A DNA stretch of 64,000 nt from Pirellulales bacterium (GCA_040901675.1 JBBDYJ010000020.1:1-64000), one strand, 5' to 3'. Counted from the stretch's first letter, positions 8,919-18,995 are shown. A program made the numbers and translations. The notes: a model not told the origin generated them from the letters alone.

Positions 8919-11564
8919 ATGAAAACGGACGATCTCAGGGAAAAATACCTCGAATTCTTCGAGTCGAAAGGGTGCGTGCGCCGGCCCAGCGACGTGCTGG
9001 TGCCCGTCTGGGATCCCTCGGTCTTGTTCACGCCCGCCGGCATGAACCAGTTCAAGGACCACTTTCTCGGCAAGTGCAAGCTGGAGTTCACCCGGGCCAC
9101 CACCTGCCAGAAGTGCCTGCGCACCGGCGACATCGACAACGTGGGCCGCACCGCCTATCACCACACGTTCTTCGAGATGCTGGGCAACTTCAGCTTCGGC
9201 GACTATTTCAAGCGCGAGGCGATTCACTGGGCCTGGGAGTTTCTGACCGACAAACGCTGGCTCGCTCTGCCGGCCGAGCGGCTGAGCGTCTCGGTCTACC
9301 AGGACGACGAAGAGGCCGCCGATATCTGGTCGCGCGAAATCAAGCTCCCCGCCGAAAAGATCGAGCGGATGGGTGAGGACGACAACTTCTGGCCGGCCGG
9401 CGCGCCCAGCCGCGGCCCCGACGGCGTCTGCGGGCCTTGCAGCGAGATCTTCTTCCACCCCGACCAGGGCGGCGCCGTCGAAATCTGGAACCTCGTCTTC
9501 ACCCAGTTCAATCGCGTGGGCGATCCACCCGACAACCTCCGCCCCCTGCCCAGTAAGAACATCGATACCGGCATGGGCCTGGAACGCACCGCGGCCATGC
9601 TGCAAGGCGTCGACAGCAACTTCCACATCGATATCCTGCGATTCATCCTCGATCGCGCGGCCGAAGTCTGCCGACTGCCCTACGACCCGGCCAGCGACAA
9701 CGGCAGGCGGCTGCGGCGGATCACCGACCATGTCCGCGCCTGCACCTTTGCCATCCACGAAAACGTCTACCCCGGCCCCAACAAGGAAAAGTATGTCGTC
9801 AAGCGGCTGTTGCGGCGGGCGGTGCTCGACGGTCATCAAATGGGCCTCCGCGAACCGTTCCTGCACCGCCTCGTGCCAGCGGTGGCCGAGGCCATGCACC
9901 ATCCCTACCCCGAGTTGGCCGAGACGGTCCAGCGCGTCGCCCAGGTGATCGAGAAAGAGGAGAGCAACTTCTTTTCCACGATCGACGCCGGCCTGGACCG
10001 CATTGAGAAGGTCTTCGACGCCATGCGCCGCCAGGGCCGCGTGATGGTCGACGGCGGCGAAGCGGCCGACATGTACACCACCCACGGATTCCCGCCCGAG
10101 CTGTTCGAGACGCTGGCGGCCGAGCACAATTTCACGTTCGACTGGGAAGGGTATCGCCGCGCCATGGGTGAGCATGGCGACGTTTCGGGCGCCGGCCGCA
10201 AGCACGAGCTGTTCAAGCGCGGGCCGCTCGACGGCTTGAAGAAGGCCCTGCACAACACCGAGTTCTTGGGCTACCTGCAGACCACTGCCGCCGCCAAGGT
10301 CATGGGACTCATCGCCCAGGACCAGCTTTGCGACCAGGTCGACGAGGTGGGACATGCCGAACCGGTCGTGGTGGTCCTCGACAAGAGTCCTTTTTATGCC
10401 GAGAGCGGCGGCCAGGTGGGCGACACGGGAGAGCTGGTCGGCGACGGCATGCGCTTCGAGGTCATCGACACCCAGAAGGAAGGCGGCCTGATCCTGCACA
10501 AGGGGCACCTGCGCGAAGGGGTGATTCGGCAGGGCGCCCAGGTCACGGCCCGCGTCGATGCCGAGCGCCGGCAGGGCATCCGCCGCGCCCACTCGGCCAC
10601 GCACATCTTGCACTATGCCTTGCAGAAACACTTGGGCCGCCATGCCCAGCAGCAGGGTTCGAAGGTCGACCGCGACTGGCTCCGTTTCGACTTCACCAAC
10701 CCCAGCTCGGTTTCGCGCGACGACGTGGCCCGCATCGAGGACGAAGTGAACGCCCGCGTTGCCGCCGCCGACGAGATCACCTGGACCACGCTGCCGATCG
10801 CCGAAGCGCGCAAGCAAGGGGCCATGATGCTGTTTGGCGAGAAGTATCCCGACGTGGTCCGCATGGTGGCGATGGGGCAGTTCAGCAAGGAGCTCTGCGG
10901 CGGCACGCATCTGGACAACACCGGCCAGGTCGGCCTGTTCAGGATCATCGGCGAGGAAAGCGTGGCCGCCGGGACCCGCCGCATCACCGCGGTCACCGGC
11001 TCGATGGCGCTGGAACGCATCCGCGGCACCGAGTCGGCCCTGTTGGAGACGGCCGCGGCCTTGCGCGTTCCGCCCGCCGAGGTGCCGTCGCGCGTGTCGG
11101 CCTTGGTCAAGGAGATCCGCGAGCTGAAGAAACAACTCGCGGCGGGCGGTAAGGCGGGCGGCGTGTCGGCCGACCAATTGCTCGGCGACGCCTTCGAGGT
11201 GGCCGGCGCCCGCGTGGTGGTGGCGGAGGTGCCCAACGGCACGGCCGATTCGCTGCGGCAGTTGATCGATCAGCTCCGCCGCAAGGCGGGCTCGGCCGCC
11301 GTGCTCTTGGCCAGCCGTGAAGACGGCAAGGTGGTGTTGGTGGCCGGCATCAGCCGCGATTTGCAGGATCGCGGGCTGAACGCCGGCGAGTGGGTCCGTC
11401 GGGTGGCCAAGGTGGTCGGCGGCAGCGGCGGCGGGCGCCCCGACATGGCCCAGGCCGGCGGCAAGGAGCCCGAAAAGCTTCCCGCCGCGCTGGCCGAGGC
11501 CCGCCAGGTCATCGAAAGCCTGCTGAGCCAAGCATCCGCAGCGCCCCCGACCCAGAAGCACTAG
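8919..11564 (+). CDS. alaS: Alanine--tRNA ligase
   Basis: LFTPAGMNQFK, HHTFFEMLGNFSFGDYFK, IDTGMGLER, HSATH and ELCGGTH editing motifs, GGGRPDMAQAGG. Confidence 0.98.
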   Translation: MKTDDLREKYLEFFESKGCVRRPSDVLVPVWDPSVLFTPAGMNQFKDHFLGKCKLEFTRATTCQKCLRTGDIDNVGRTAYHHTFFEMLGNFSFGDYFKREAIHWAWEFLTDKRWLALPAERLSVSVYQDDEEAADIWSREIKLPAEKIERMGEDDNFWPAGAPSRGPDGVCGPCSEIFFHPDQGGAVEIWNLVFTQFNRVGDPPDNLRPLPSKNIDTGMGLERTAAMLQGVDSNFHIDILRFILDRAAEVCRLPYDPASDNGRRLRRITDHVRACTFAIHENVYPGPNKEKYVVKRLLRRAVLDGHQMGLREPFLHRLVPAVAEAMHHPYPELAETVQRVAQVIEKEESNFFSTIDAGLDRIEKVFDAMRRQGRVMVDGGEAADMYTTHGFPPELFETLAAEHNFTFDWEGYRRAMGEHGDVSGAGRKHELFKRGPLDGLKKALHNTEFLGYLQTTAAAKVMGLIAQDQLCDQVDEVGHAEPVVVVLDKSPFYAESGGQVGDTGELVGDGMRFEVIDTQKEGGLILHKGHLREGVIRQGAQVTARVDAERRQGIRRAHSATHILHYALQKHLGRHAQQQGSKVDRDWLRFDFTNPSSVSRDDVARIEDEVNARVAAADEITWTTLPIAEARKQGAMMLFGEKYPDVVRMVAMGQFSKELCGGTHLDNTGQVGLFRIIGEESVAAGTRRITAVTGSMALERIRGTESALLETAAALRVPPAEVPSRVSALVKEIRELKKQLAAGGKAGGVSADQLLGDAFEVAGARVVVAEVPNGTADSLRQLIDQLRRKAGSAAVLLASREDGKVVLVAGISRDLQDRGLNAGEWVRRVAKVVGGSGGGRPDMAQAGGKEPEKLPAALAEARQVIESLLSQASAAPPTQKH

Positions 11565-11785
11565 GGGCCGTTGCGGGTCGGCTTCAGCTCGAGCTCGACC
11601 ACCAGCAGCCGGTTGATGACGCTTAAGGTGTCGTCGGCCTGGTAAACAGACACCGTGCGGCCGCTTGGAGCAGCCATGATGAATTCTCAGTGATTCACGG
11701 GAACGCTTCGACCATCGGCCAGATGGATTACGAAAGGCCGGAATGGCGCCGCTTCATAGAACCGCCGAAGTTGTTCAATCGCCAT
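11561..11785 (-). pseudogene. Small 74-codon hypothetical gene interrupted by an in-frame TGA at 11687-11689
   Basis: MAIEQLRRFYEAAPFRPFVIHLADGRSVPVNH*EFIMAAPSGRTVSVYQADDTLSVINRLLVVELELKPTRNGP*. Protein-like sequence continues in frame past the stop. Confidence 0.75.
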
Positions 11786-11946
11786 CGTCGTGCTGCTCGC
11801 TGAGTTGGCGGCAATAAGTGCTTCCGTGGAGAAGGATGGACCGTTAGTACAAGTATAACCGGAAGGAGGCGTTGCGGTGGCCTGCGGGTTGGCCGGTCGG
11901 GACCATGGGCGGCCCAAACGGTATCACTACCGGCCGCGGCACCGCC

Positions 11947-11976
11947 TTGACACCCGGCGGGCCGGTCTTTTAGGAT
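11947..11976 (+). promoter_or_regulatory. Putative sigma70 promoter of the rpmF-fab operon
   Basis: ttgaca-N18-taggat. Confidence 0.6.
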
Positions 11977-12020
11977 CAGCAGTTTCCCGACAGCCTGCTG
12001 GCAAGGCAAGAGAGTCACTC

Positions 12021-12200
12021 GTGGCCGTACCCAAACGAAGACATTCCAACGCCCGCACCGGCAGCCGGCGGGCGCATGACCGAAAAAAGCCGAAGCAGTT
12101 GTTCTTCTGCCCCAAATGCAGCACGGCCCTGCCCTCGCACGTCGTGTGCCCCAAGTGCGGCTATTACATGGGGCGGGTCGTCGTCGAGGTCGAGGAATAG
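12021..12200 (+). CDS. rpmF: 50S ribosomal protein L32 (zinc-ribbon form)
   Basis: GTG start; AVPKRRHSNAR...CPKC...HVVCPKCGYY. Confidence 0.96.
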   Translation: MAVPKRRHSNARTGSRRAHDRKKPKQLFFCPKCSTALPSHVVCPKCGYYMGRVVVEVEE

Positions 12201-12208
12201 GCCGCCCC

Positions 12209-13114
12209 GTGGGCAAGATTGCGCTACTCTTCCCCGGGCAGGGCGCTCAAACGGTCGGAATGGGCAAGGACCTGGCCGACCGGCTTCCGCAGGCCCGTGG
12301 CCTCTACCAGCGTGCCGGCGAAGTGCTGGGCTACGACCTGGCCCGCCTCTGCTTCGAAGGGCCGGCCGACCAGCTCGATTCGACCGTCCACAGCCAGCCG
12401 GCCCTGTTCGTCACCAGCCTGGCCGCGCTCGAGTCGCTCCGCCAAGAGTCGCCCGCCGCCGTCGACGAGTGCCAGGCCACCGCCGGTCTGAGCCTCGGTG
12501 AGTACACCGCCCTGGTCTTCGCCGGGGTGCTCGATTTCGAAACCGGCTTGGCACTGGTGCGCGAGCGCGGGGCGGCCATGCAGCAGGCGGCCGACGACAA
12601 CCCCAGCGGCATGGTCAGCATCGTGGGACTGGAGCGGCCGCGTGTCGAGGCCCTGGTCAACCAGGCGCGGGACAACGAAGTGCTCCAGGTGGCCAACCTG
12701 TTGTGCCCGGGAAACATCGTCGTCTCGGGCAGCAAGCTGGCCTGCCGGCGGGTGGCCGAAATGGCCGAGGCGGCCGGCGCCACGCGGGCCATCCCCCTGG
12801 CCGTGGCCGGCGCTTTCCATACGCCGCTGATGCAAAGCGCCGTGGCCCGGTTGCAGCGGGTCCTGGCGGAAGCCCGGTTCGAAAAGCCGCGGATCGCGGT
12901 GGTCTCCAATGTCGACGCCCTGCCGCACGACGACCCCGGCGAAATCCGCGGGCTGTTGACGCGGCAGGTGGTCGAACCGGTGCGCTGGGAAGACTCGATG
13001 CGCTACCTGCTCGACCGCGGCTTCGACCGGTTTTACGAAGTCGGCCCCGGCCGCGTCCTGCGGGGCCTGTTGCGGCGGATCGACCGGGCCGCCTCCTGCG
13101 AAAGCACCATGTAG
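12209..13114 (+). CDS. fabD: Malonyl-CoA:ACP transacylase
   Basis: LFPGQGAQ, GLSLGEY, AGAFHTPLM, EVGPG; operon context. Confidence 0.96.
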   Translation: MGKIALLFPGQGAQTVGMGKDLADRLPQARGLYQRAGEVLGYDLARLCFEGPADQLDSTVHSQPALFVTSLAALESLRQESPAAVDECQATAGLSLGEYTALVFAGVLDFETGLALVRERGAAMQQAADDNPSGMVSIVGLERPRVEALVNQARDNEVLQVANLLCPGNIVVSGSKLACRRVAEMAEAAGATRAIPLAVAGAFHTPLMQSAVARLQRVLAEARFEKPRIAVVSNVDALPHDDPGEIRGLLTRQVVEPVRWEDSMRYLLDRGFDRFYEVGPGRVLRGLLRRIDRAASCESTM

Positions 13115-13156
13115 AACTCCTGAACGGGAACCAAACGCGAACCCACGGCTCGAAAC

Positions 13157-13906
13157 ATGTTTACCGTCGACTTGAAAGACCAGACGGCCCTGGTCACCGG
13201 TGCCTCGCGAGGACTGGGCCGGGCGATTGCCGTGGCCCTGGCCGGCTGCGGGGCGCGAGTGGCCTGCGTGGCCCGCGACCGCGAAAAGCTGGCGGCCACC
13301 GTCGACGAGATCGCGTCGGCCGGGGGCGTGGCTGCCTGGTTCGAGTGCGACGTGTCGAGCTCGCAAAGCGTCGAGCGGACGATCGAGGCCGTGCTCGAGA
13401 AGTGGCAGCGGATCGACATCCTGGTGAACAACGCGGGCATCACGCGCGATACGCTGATCCCGCGGATGCAGGATGAGCAGTGGGACGAGGTGATCAACAC
13501 CAACCTGCGGGGGGCCTTCCTGTTCACCCGCGCGGTCAGCAGGCCGATGATGCAGGCCCGCTACGGGCGGATCGTCAACATTGCCAGCGTTTCGGGGCTG
13601 ATGGGCAATCCGGGGCAGTCGAACTACTCGGCGTCGAAGGCCGGTTTGATCGGCATGACGCGCTCGGTGGCCCGCGAGCTGGCCGGGCGCAAGGTGACCG
13701 TGAATGCCGTGGCGCCCGGGTTTATCGAGACGGAGATGACCGAGGCACTGGGGCAGAGCCTGCTCGACGAAGTCCAGAAGCGAATTCCCGCGCGGCGGCT
13801 GGGCAAGCCGGACGAAGTGGCCCGGGCGGTGCTGTTTCTGGCCGCGCCCGGCTCCGCCTACATCACGGGGCACGTGCTCACGGTCGATGGCGGGTTGACC
13901 GCCTGA
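13157..13906 (+). CDS. fabG: 3-oxoacyl-ACP reductase
   Basis: [21 protein letters not shown]; operon context. Confidence 0.96.
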   Translation: MFTVDLKDQTALVTGASRGLGRAIAVALAGCGARVACVARDREKLAATVDEIASAGGVAAWFECDVSSSQSVERTIEAVLEKWQRIDILVNNAGITRDTLIPRMQDEQWDEVINTNLRGAFLFTRAVSRPMMQARYGRIVNIASVSGLMGNPGQSNYSASKAGLIGMTRSVARELAGRKVTVNAVAPGFIETEMTEALGQSLLDEVQKRIPARRLGKPDEVARAVLFLAAPGSAYITGHVLTVDGGLTA

Positions 13907-14128
13907 GCCCTGCCGACGGGCAGGGAACATGGCTGGTCTGAAAAGATAGGCAATCTGCCGTCAGATATGGACAGCCGGCCTCAAAACCGCTATATCTTCC
14001 TCTCTCTTACGAGAAGTCCCTATTTTCGTAGGATTTACCTACTCCCTCCAGAACGCTATCTTGGGTAGCTGCGGGGAGGTTGTTGTCCAATCGAACCCGT
14101 TTTCCGGTGCCGAAGGAGGACCTTCAAG

Positions 14129-14368
14129 GTGGCCTCAGTCAAAGAGCGTGTCATCGATATTGTGGCCGAGCAATTGGGGGTCAGTAAGGACCAGGTCACG
14201 CCCGAGACATCTTTCGTCAACGATTTGGGCGCGGATTCCCTCGACACCGTAGAACTGGTGATGGAGCTCGAAGAAGAGTTCGACATCAACATCCCGGACG
14301 ATGCGGCCGAAAAGATCCAAACCGTCGGCCAGGCCATAGAATACATCGAGAAATCACAGTCTACCTGA
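14129..14368 (+). CDS. acpP: Acyl carrier protein
   Basis: [20 protein letters not shown]. Confidence 0.97.
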   Translation: MASVKERVIDIVAEQLGVSKDQVTPETSFVNDLGADSLDTVELVMELEEEFDINIPDDAAEKIQTVGQAIEYIEKSQST

Positions 14369-14435
14369 TCGCATCCAAACTGGTCTTGGGCGCTGGCGTT
14401 CAAGGCACCAGTCCAATCCAAGTCTCACGGCTCTC

Positions 14436-15692
14436 ATGAAACGACGTGTCGTCCTAACCGGGCTCGGCGCGGTCACGTCCCTCAGTCGCCAGGTTGAGGA
14501 CCTCTGGAAGCGGATCTGCAACGGTGAAAGCGGGGTCCACCGCATCACCGTCTTCGATACCTCTGAACACAAAGTCAAGTTCGGTGGCGAGATCAGCGAC
14601 TGGGCCACCGACGGTTACATCACGCCCAAGGATGCCAAGCGCATCGATCGCTTTGCCCAGTTCGCCCTGGTGGCCGCCATCGACGCGGTCCGCGACTCGG
14701 GGCTCGATTTCTCGCGCGAGGATCCCTACCGCTGCGGCGTCGTTCTGGGTTCAGGCATCGGCGGGCTCCACGAATTCGAGGAACAGCACCTCCGGTTGCT
14801 CGAAAAAGGCCCTGGCAAGGTCTCAGCCTTCACCATCCCCAAGCTGATGCTCAACGCCGCTTGCGGGCACGTCTCGATCCAATACGCCTTGCGCGGCCCC
14901 ACCGCCGCGGTCGCCACCGCCTGTGCCAGTGCCGCCAACGCCATCGGCGACGCGTTCAAGGCCATCCAATACGCCGATGCCGACATCATGGTTACAGGCG
15001 GCTCCGAGGCCGCCTTGACCCCCATGGGCCTCAGCGGCTTTGCCTCCATGCGGGCCCTGTCCGAGCGTAACGACGATCCGGCCGGGGCCAGCCGGCCTTT
15101 CGACGCCGGACGCGACGGCTTCGTGCTGAGCGAAGGAGCGGGGTTGCTGGTGCTGGAGGAACTCGAACATGCCAGGGCTCGCGGCGCTCGCATCTATGCG
15201 GAAGTCCTCGGCTACGGCGCCACTGCCGACGGCAGCCACATCACACAGCCCGATGAGCATGGCAGCGGCGCCGCCCAGGCCATGGCCAGCGCCCTGGCCA
15301 ACGGCCGCCTCGACGCCTCGGAAATCGGGTACATCAATGCCCACGGAACCAGCACGCCGCTGGGAGACCAGGCGGAAACCATAGCCATCAAAACGGTTTT
15401 TGGCGACCATGCCCGCCAAGTCAGCATCTCCAGCACCAAGAGCGAGCTGGGCCATATGCTCGGCGCCAGCGGTGGGGTCGAGTTGGTCCTGTGCGTGCTG
15501 GCGCTGCGCGACGGCGTGATTCCCCCCACGATCAACTACGAGGTGGCCGATCCGGCCTGTGACCTCGATTACACCCCCAACCAGGCCCGCCAGCGGAAGC
15601 TGACGGCCGCCATGTCGAACAGCTTCGGTTTTGGCGGCCACAACGCCTCGATCATCGTCGGCCAGGTGCGCCCAAACGGCCGGGTAGAGTAG
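14436..15692 (+). CDS. fabF: Beta-ketoacyl-ACP synthase II
   Basis: ATACAS (Cys), NAHGTST (His), STKSELGH (His), SNSFGFGGHN. Confidence 0.97.
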   Translation: MKRRVVLTGLGAVTSLSRQVEDLWKRICNGESGVHRITVFDTSEHKVKFGGEISDWATDGYITPKDAKRIDRFAQFALVAAIDAVRDSGLDFSREDPYRCGVVLGSGIGGLHEFEEQHLRLLEKGPGKVSAFTIPKLMLNAACGHVSIQYALRGPTAAVATACASAANAIGDAFKAIQYADADIMVTGGSEAALTPMGLSGFASMRALSERNDDPAGASRPFDAGRDGFVLSEGAGLLVLEELEHARARGARIYAEVLGYGATADGSHITQPDEHGSGAAQAMASALANGRLDASEIGYINAHGTSTPLGDQAETIAIKTVFGDHARQVSISSTKSELGHMLGASGGVELVLCVLALRDGVIPPTINYEVADPACDLDYTPNQARQRKLTAAMSNSFGFGGHNASIIVGQVRPNGRVE

Positions 15693-15832
15693 GACGGCCT
15701 TCCCAGGCCGTCCAGTCGGGCTGCTAAGCCCCTCGGGAAGTGTAGCCGGACTCGCCAGAGTTCGGGCCAGACGGCCGCATGGGACTGGCGACTTCGTCCT
15801 TCTGCCTTCATCCTTCTGCCTTCATCCGCCTT
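15689..15832. repeat. REP family B copy overlapping the fabF stop, a further GTAG hairpin, and heptamer repeats
   Basis: gTAGgacggccttcccaggccgtc; gtagccggactc-gcca-gagttcgg; cgtcctt-ctgcctt-catcctt-ctgcctt-catccgc. Confidence 0.75.
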
Positions 15833-15893
15833 GCCCTAGCCGGGGCTGTTGCCTATACTCCCCGCCTCCCGTCGTCAGCATGGAGGCTGAAGC

Positions 15894-17309
15894 ATGTCCA
15901 AGACCAGGGCGGCCCGCAGTTGCGGCCCACATCGTGATGCCACGTGTCCGACCGGTCCCGGTCGTAAGCTGCGGCTGGCGGCCTGGGCCGCTTTGCTCGC
16001 GCTGCTGAGCATCTTCTTTTGGGCCGGCTCGGCCCCAGGACAGGCGGCGTCCCGAACGGCCAAGCCGGCCGCTCGCAACGACGACTCCCAATCGGTCCGG
16101 GAGCCCGGCCAGCAGGATCAGAAGTGGCGCACAACGAGCGGCCGGCTGGGTGCCGATGTCTTGCCCAAAGCGGCCGCCGCCAAACGCGCCGGCACCGACC
16201 GGCTGACCTCCCGGCCCGCGGCCGCCGAGCCGCAGGGCACCGCCGAGGGCGCCATCGAACCTTTGGCACCCATTGCCAACAGCCCCCGCCGTCCGATCGC
16301 GCTGGTGACGCAGGGCCCGGGCACCTTGCCCAACGAGGCGGGCCAGTTATGGCGCAATTACGACATCAGCCCCTACACGTTGCGGGTGACGTCGACCAAT
16401 CGGCCGGAGCAAGCCATCGTCGACTGGATCCTCCGCGAAACCGGCTACGAAGCCTGGCACGGCGAGCCGTTGGGGCTGCTCAGCGCCACCGAGCGCACGC
16501 TCCGCGTCTATCACACGCCCGAGATGCACGCCCTGGTCTCCGAAGTCGTCGACCGCTTTGTCGACACCCAGGCCGAGTCGCACGCATTCGGCCTGCGCGT
16601 CGTGACCGTCGGACACCCCAATTGGCGGGCCAAGGCCCAATCGGTTCTGCACCCGGTGCAGGTCCAGACGCAGGGCATCCAGGCCTGGCTGGTGCAAAAA
16701 GAAGACGCGGCCTTGATGCTGGCCGAGCTGCGCAAGCGGATGGACTTCCGCGAGCACAGCTCGCCCCACCTGCTGGTGAACAACGGGCAGTCGACGACTG
16801 TTTCCGCGACCCGGCCGCGGGCCTACACGCGCGACGTGGCGCTGCGCCCGGAGGTCTGGCCCGCCTTCGAGCCGCAGTTGGCCCAGTTCGACGAAGGGTT
16901 TTCGCTGGAGCTCAGCCCGCTGTTGTCGCTCGACGGGGGCACCATCGACGCGGTGATCAAGTGCAACATCGACCAGCTCGAGAAGCTGGTGCCCGTGATG
17001 ATCGAGGTGCCGACCCCGGTCGCCCCCCGGCAGCGGACGCAGATCGAAGTGCCGCAGGTGACGCACTGCCGCCTGCACGAGCGCTTCCGCTGGCCGGTGG
17101 ACCAGGTGCTGGTGGTGGGCCTGGGCGTCGTCGCCACGCCGGTGCCCGCCGAGCCGGCCGGTTTGCTCGGTTCGCTGCCGCTGCTCAATTCGCCGCCTCG
17201 CGCGGATCTGCTGGTCTTTATCGAGAGCAAGGGCCGAGGGACCGGACGTGCCGCCCCCGAAGGCCGGACCAGCCAGCGCGACGCCAACACCTACCGCGGC
17301 AGGTATTGA
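15894..17309 (+). CDS. Exported hypothetical protein with a possible secretin-like C-terminal region
   Basis: Hydrophobic signal segment, low-complexity linker, then SSPHLLVNNGQ...EGFSLELSPLLSLDG; codon usage matches the host. Confidence 0.7.
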   Translation: MSKTRAARSCGPHRDATCPTGPGRKLRLAAWAALLALLSIFFWAGSAPGQAASRTAKPAARNDDSQSVREPGQQDQKWRTTSGRLGADVLPKAAAAKRAGTDRLTSRPAAAEPQGTAEGAIEPLAPIANSPRRPIALVTQGPGTLPNEAGQLWRNYDISPYTLRVTSTNRPEQAIVDWILRETGYEAWHGEPLGLLSATERTLRVYHTPEMHALVSEVVDRFVDTQAESHAFGLRVVTVGHPNWRAKAQSVLHPVQVQTQGIQAWLVQKEDAALMLAELRKRMDFREHSSPHLLVNNGQSTTVSATRPRAYTRDVALRPEVWPAFEPQLAQFDEGFSLELSPLLSLDGGTIDAVIKCNIDQLEKLVPVMIEVPTPVAPRQRTQIEVPQVTHCRLHERFRWPVDQVLVVGLGVVATPVPAEPAGLLGSLPLLNSPPRADLLVFIESKGRGTGRAAPEGRTSQRDANTYRGRY

Positions 17310-17452
17310 AGCCCGCCGCGTGCGCCGTCGGCTGTCGCGCGGCAGGCGGAAGCGGCGAGGCCCCCCATCCGCGGCGGTGCCTGTTCCGCCTCGACGGTCC
17401 CAGCCGCCTGGACTAAGATAATCAGCTACCCCCCCGCGTGGCAGGGCTCTTT

Positions 17453-17511
17453 TTATTATTGAAGGCCTTCCCGGTTGGTATACCGCTCCCCTTATTATTA
17501 AAAGCTTCCGG
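17453..17511 (+). promoter_or_regulatory. Imperfect AT-rich direct repeat upstream of the FabF paralogue
   Basis: ttattattgaaggccttcccgg and ttattattaaaagcttccgg, 39 bp apart. Confidence 0.45.
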
Positions 17512-17555
17512 CCGGTTTACTCGCTCCCCGTCAACCCCCCGCGAATGTTCGTTCC

Positions 17556-18863
17556 ATGCGTCGTGTCGTCGTGACCGGCCTGGGTGTCGTGAGCCCTTTG
17601 GGGAATACCAAGGAGGCCCTCTGGGACGCTCTGTTGGCGGGGCAGAGCGGCGTCCGCCTCTCCGAGCTGCCGCCCGGCACGCTGCCCGCACGCTTTGCCG
17701 CCGAGGCCCGCCAGTTCACCGGTGGCATCGAGGATTTTGGCCCGCTTCAAGGCGACCAGAAGAAGTCGATCCGCAAGGGCCTCAAGGTCATGTGCCGCGA
17801 GAGCCAGATGGGCGTGGCCGCCGCCCAGCTCGCCTTGCACGATGCCGGGCTCGCGGCCGGCAAGTTCGATCCTGAGCGGGCGGGCGTGGTCTACGGCTCC
17901 GACTACATGGTGACGATCCCCACGGAGTTCAGCGCTCCGATCCTGGAGTGTCTTCAACCGGCAGGCCAGTTCGACTTCTCGCGTTGGGCGCAGCACGGCA
18001 TCGGCAAGATGAATCCGCTCTGGCTGCTCAAGTATCTGCCCAACATGCCGGCCAGCCACATCGCCATCTACAACGACATGCGCGGGCCCAACAACTCGAT
18101 CACGCACCGCGAGGCGGCCGCCAACCTGGCGGTGGGCGAGGCCTTTCGCGTCATCGTTCGCGGCCATGCGGACCTGATGGTGGCCGGGGCGACGGGCACC
18201 CGCGTCCACCCCATGAAGGCCTTGCACGCCTTGCTCTGTGAGCAACTGGCTGCTGACGGCGAGGTGCCCGCCCGCGCGGCCCGCCCCTTCGATCTGCACC
18301 GCACGGGCATGGTGCTGGGCGAAGGCGCCGGGGCGGTGGTGCTGGAAGAGCTGGAGTCGGCCCGCGCGCGGGGCGCGGTGATCCATGCCGAGCTGGTCGG
18401 CGCCGCCTCGTCATCGGTGGCCGACCGCAACCTCGTGCCGCGCCGCGACGTGGCGCTGGCCAATGCCATGCGCGGAGCCCTGCGGGAAGCCGGGCTTTCC
18501 CCCCGCGAGGTCGGCCACCTGCACGCCCATGGCCTGGGCACGCGCGTCAGCGACGCGGAGGAATCGCGTGCCATCCGCGACGTATTCGGCTCGCACGCCG
18601 ATCATCTTCCCGTCACGGCCGCCAAGAGCTATTTCGGCAACCTGGGCGCCGGTAGCGGCCTGATCGAGTTGATTGCCAGCACGCTGTCGCTGTCGCGTGG
18701 CCGGTTGTTCCCGATTCTCAACTACGAGACGCCGGACCCCGACTGCCCCATCGCCGCCGTAACAGGGTACGATACCGACCCCGGCGACTCCTTTCTGAAT
18801 CTCAGCGTGACGCCTCAGGGCCAGGCCAGTTGCCTCGCCGTCCGCCGCCTGGCGACCCGCTAG
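17556..18863 (+). CDS. FabF-family ketosynthase paralogue lacking the catalytic Cys (chain-length-factor-like)
   Basis: RRVVVTGLG, LPNMPASHIAI, GPNNSITHREAAA (E at the Cys position), RPFD..R.G.VLGEGA, HAHGLGT, KSYFGN (N at the second His position). Confidence 0.9.
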   Translation: MRRVVVTGLGVVSPLGNTKEALWDALLAGQSGVRLSELPPGTLPARFAAEARQFTGGIEDFGPLQGDQKKSIRKGLKVMCRESQMGVAAAQLALHDAGLAAGKFDPERAGVVYGSDYMVTIPTEFSAPILECLQPAGQFDFSRWAQHGIGKMNPLWLLKYLPNMPASHIAIYNDMRGPNNSITHREAAANLAVGEAFRVIVRGHADLMVAGATGTRVHPMKALHALLCEQLAADGEVPARAARPFDLHRTGMVLGEGAGAVVLEELESARARGAVIHAELVGAASSSVADRNLVPRRDVALANAMRGALREAGLSPREVGHLHAHGLGTRVSDAEESRAIRDVFGSHADHLPVTAAKSYFGNLGAGSGLIELIASTLSLSRGRLFPILNYETPDPDCPIAAVTGYDTDPGDSFLNLSVTPQGQASCLAVRRLATR

Positions 18864-18995
18864 CGAACGTTCGCCGCGCTTCCGGACTGCTTCCGGCCGA
18901 CTCGAGTCGGCAGAGCATTCCCTAGGCAGAACCAGAATGCCGGCACCGGCCAACCCGCGCTAATCAAGCCACCGGAACTCGGCTTGGTCGCTTCG

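Noticed and set aside
8844..11561. Long antisense ORFs (905 aa here; also 925-2520, 7007-8863, 46667-49078, 56361-57917, 57655-59619)
   Set aside because: They shadow well-supported genes on the opposite strand, have no recognisable motifs, and are expected in high-GC DNA.
11687..11689. In-frame TGA as selenocysteine or recoding
   Set aside because: The context is not a Cys/redox motif, I see no convincing SECIS hairpin, and TGA is used as a normal stop throughout the window.
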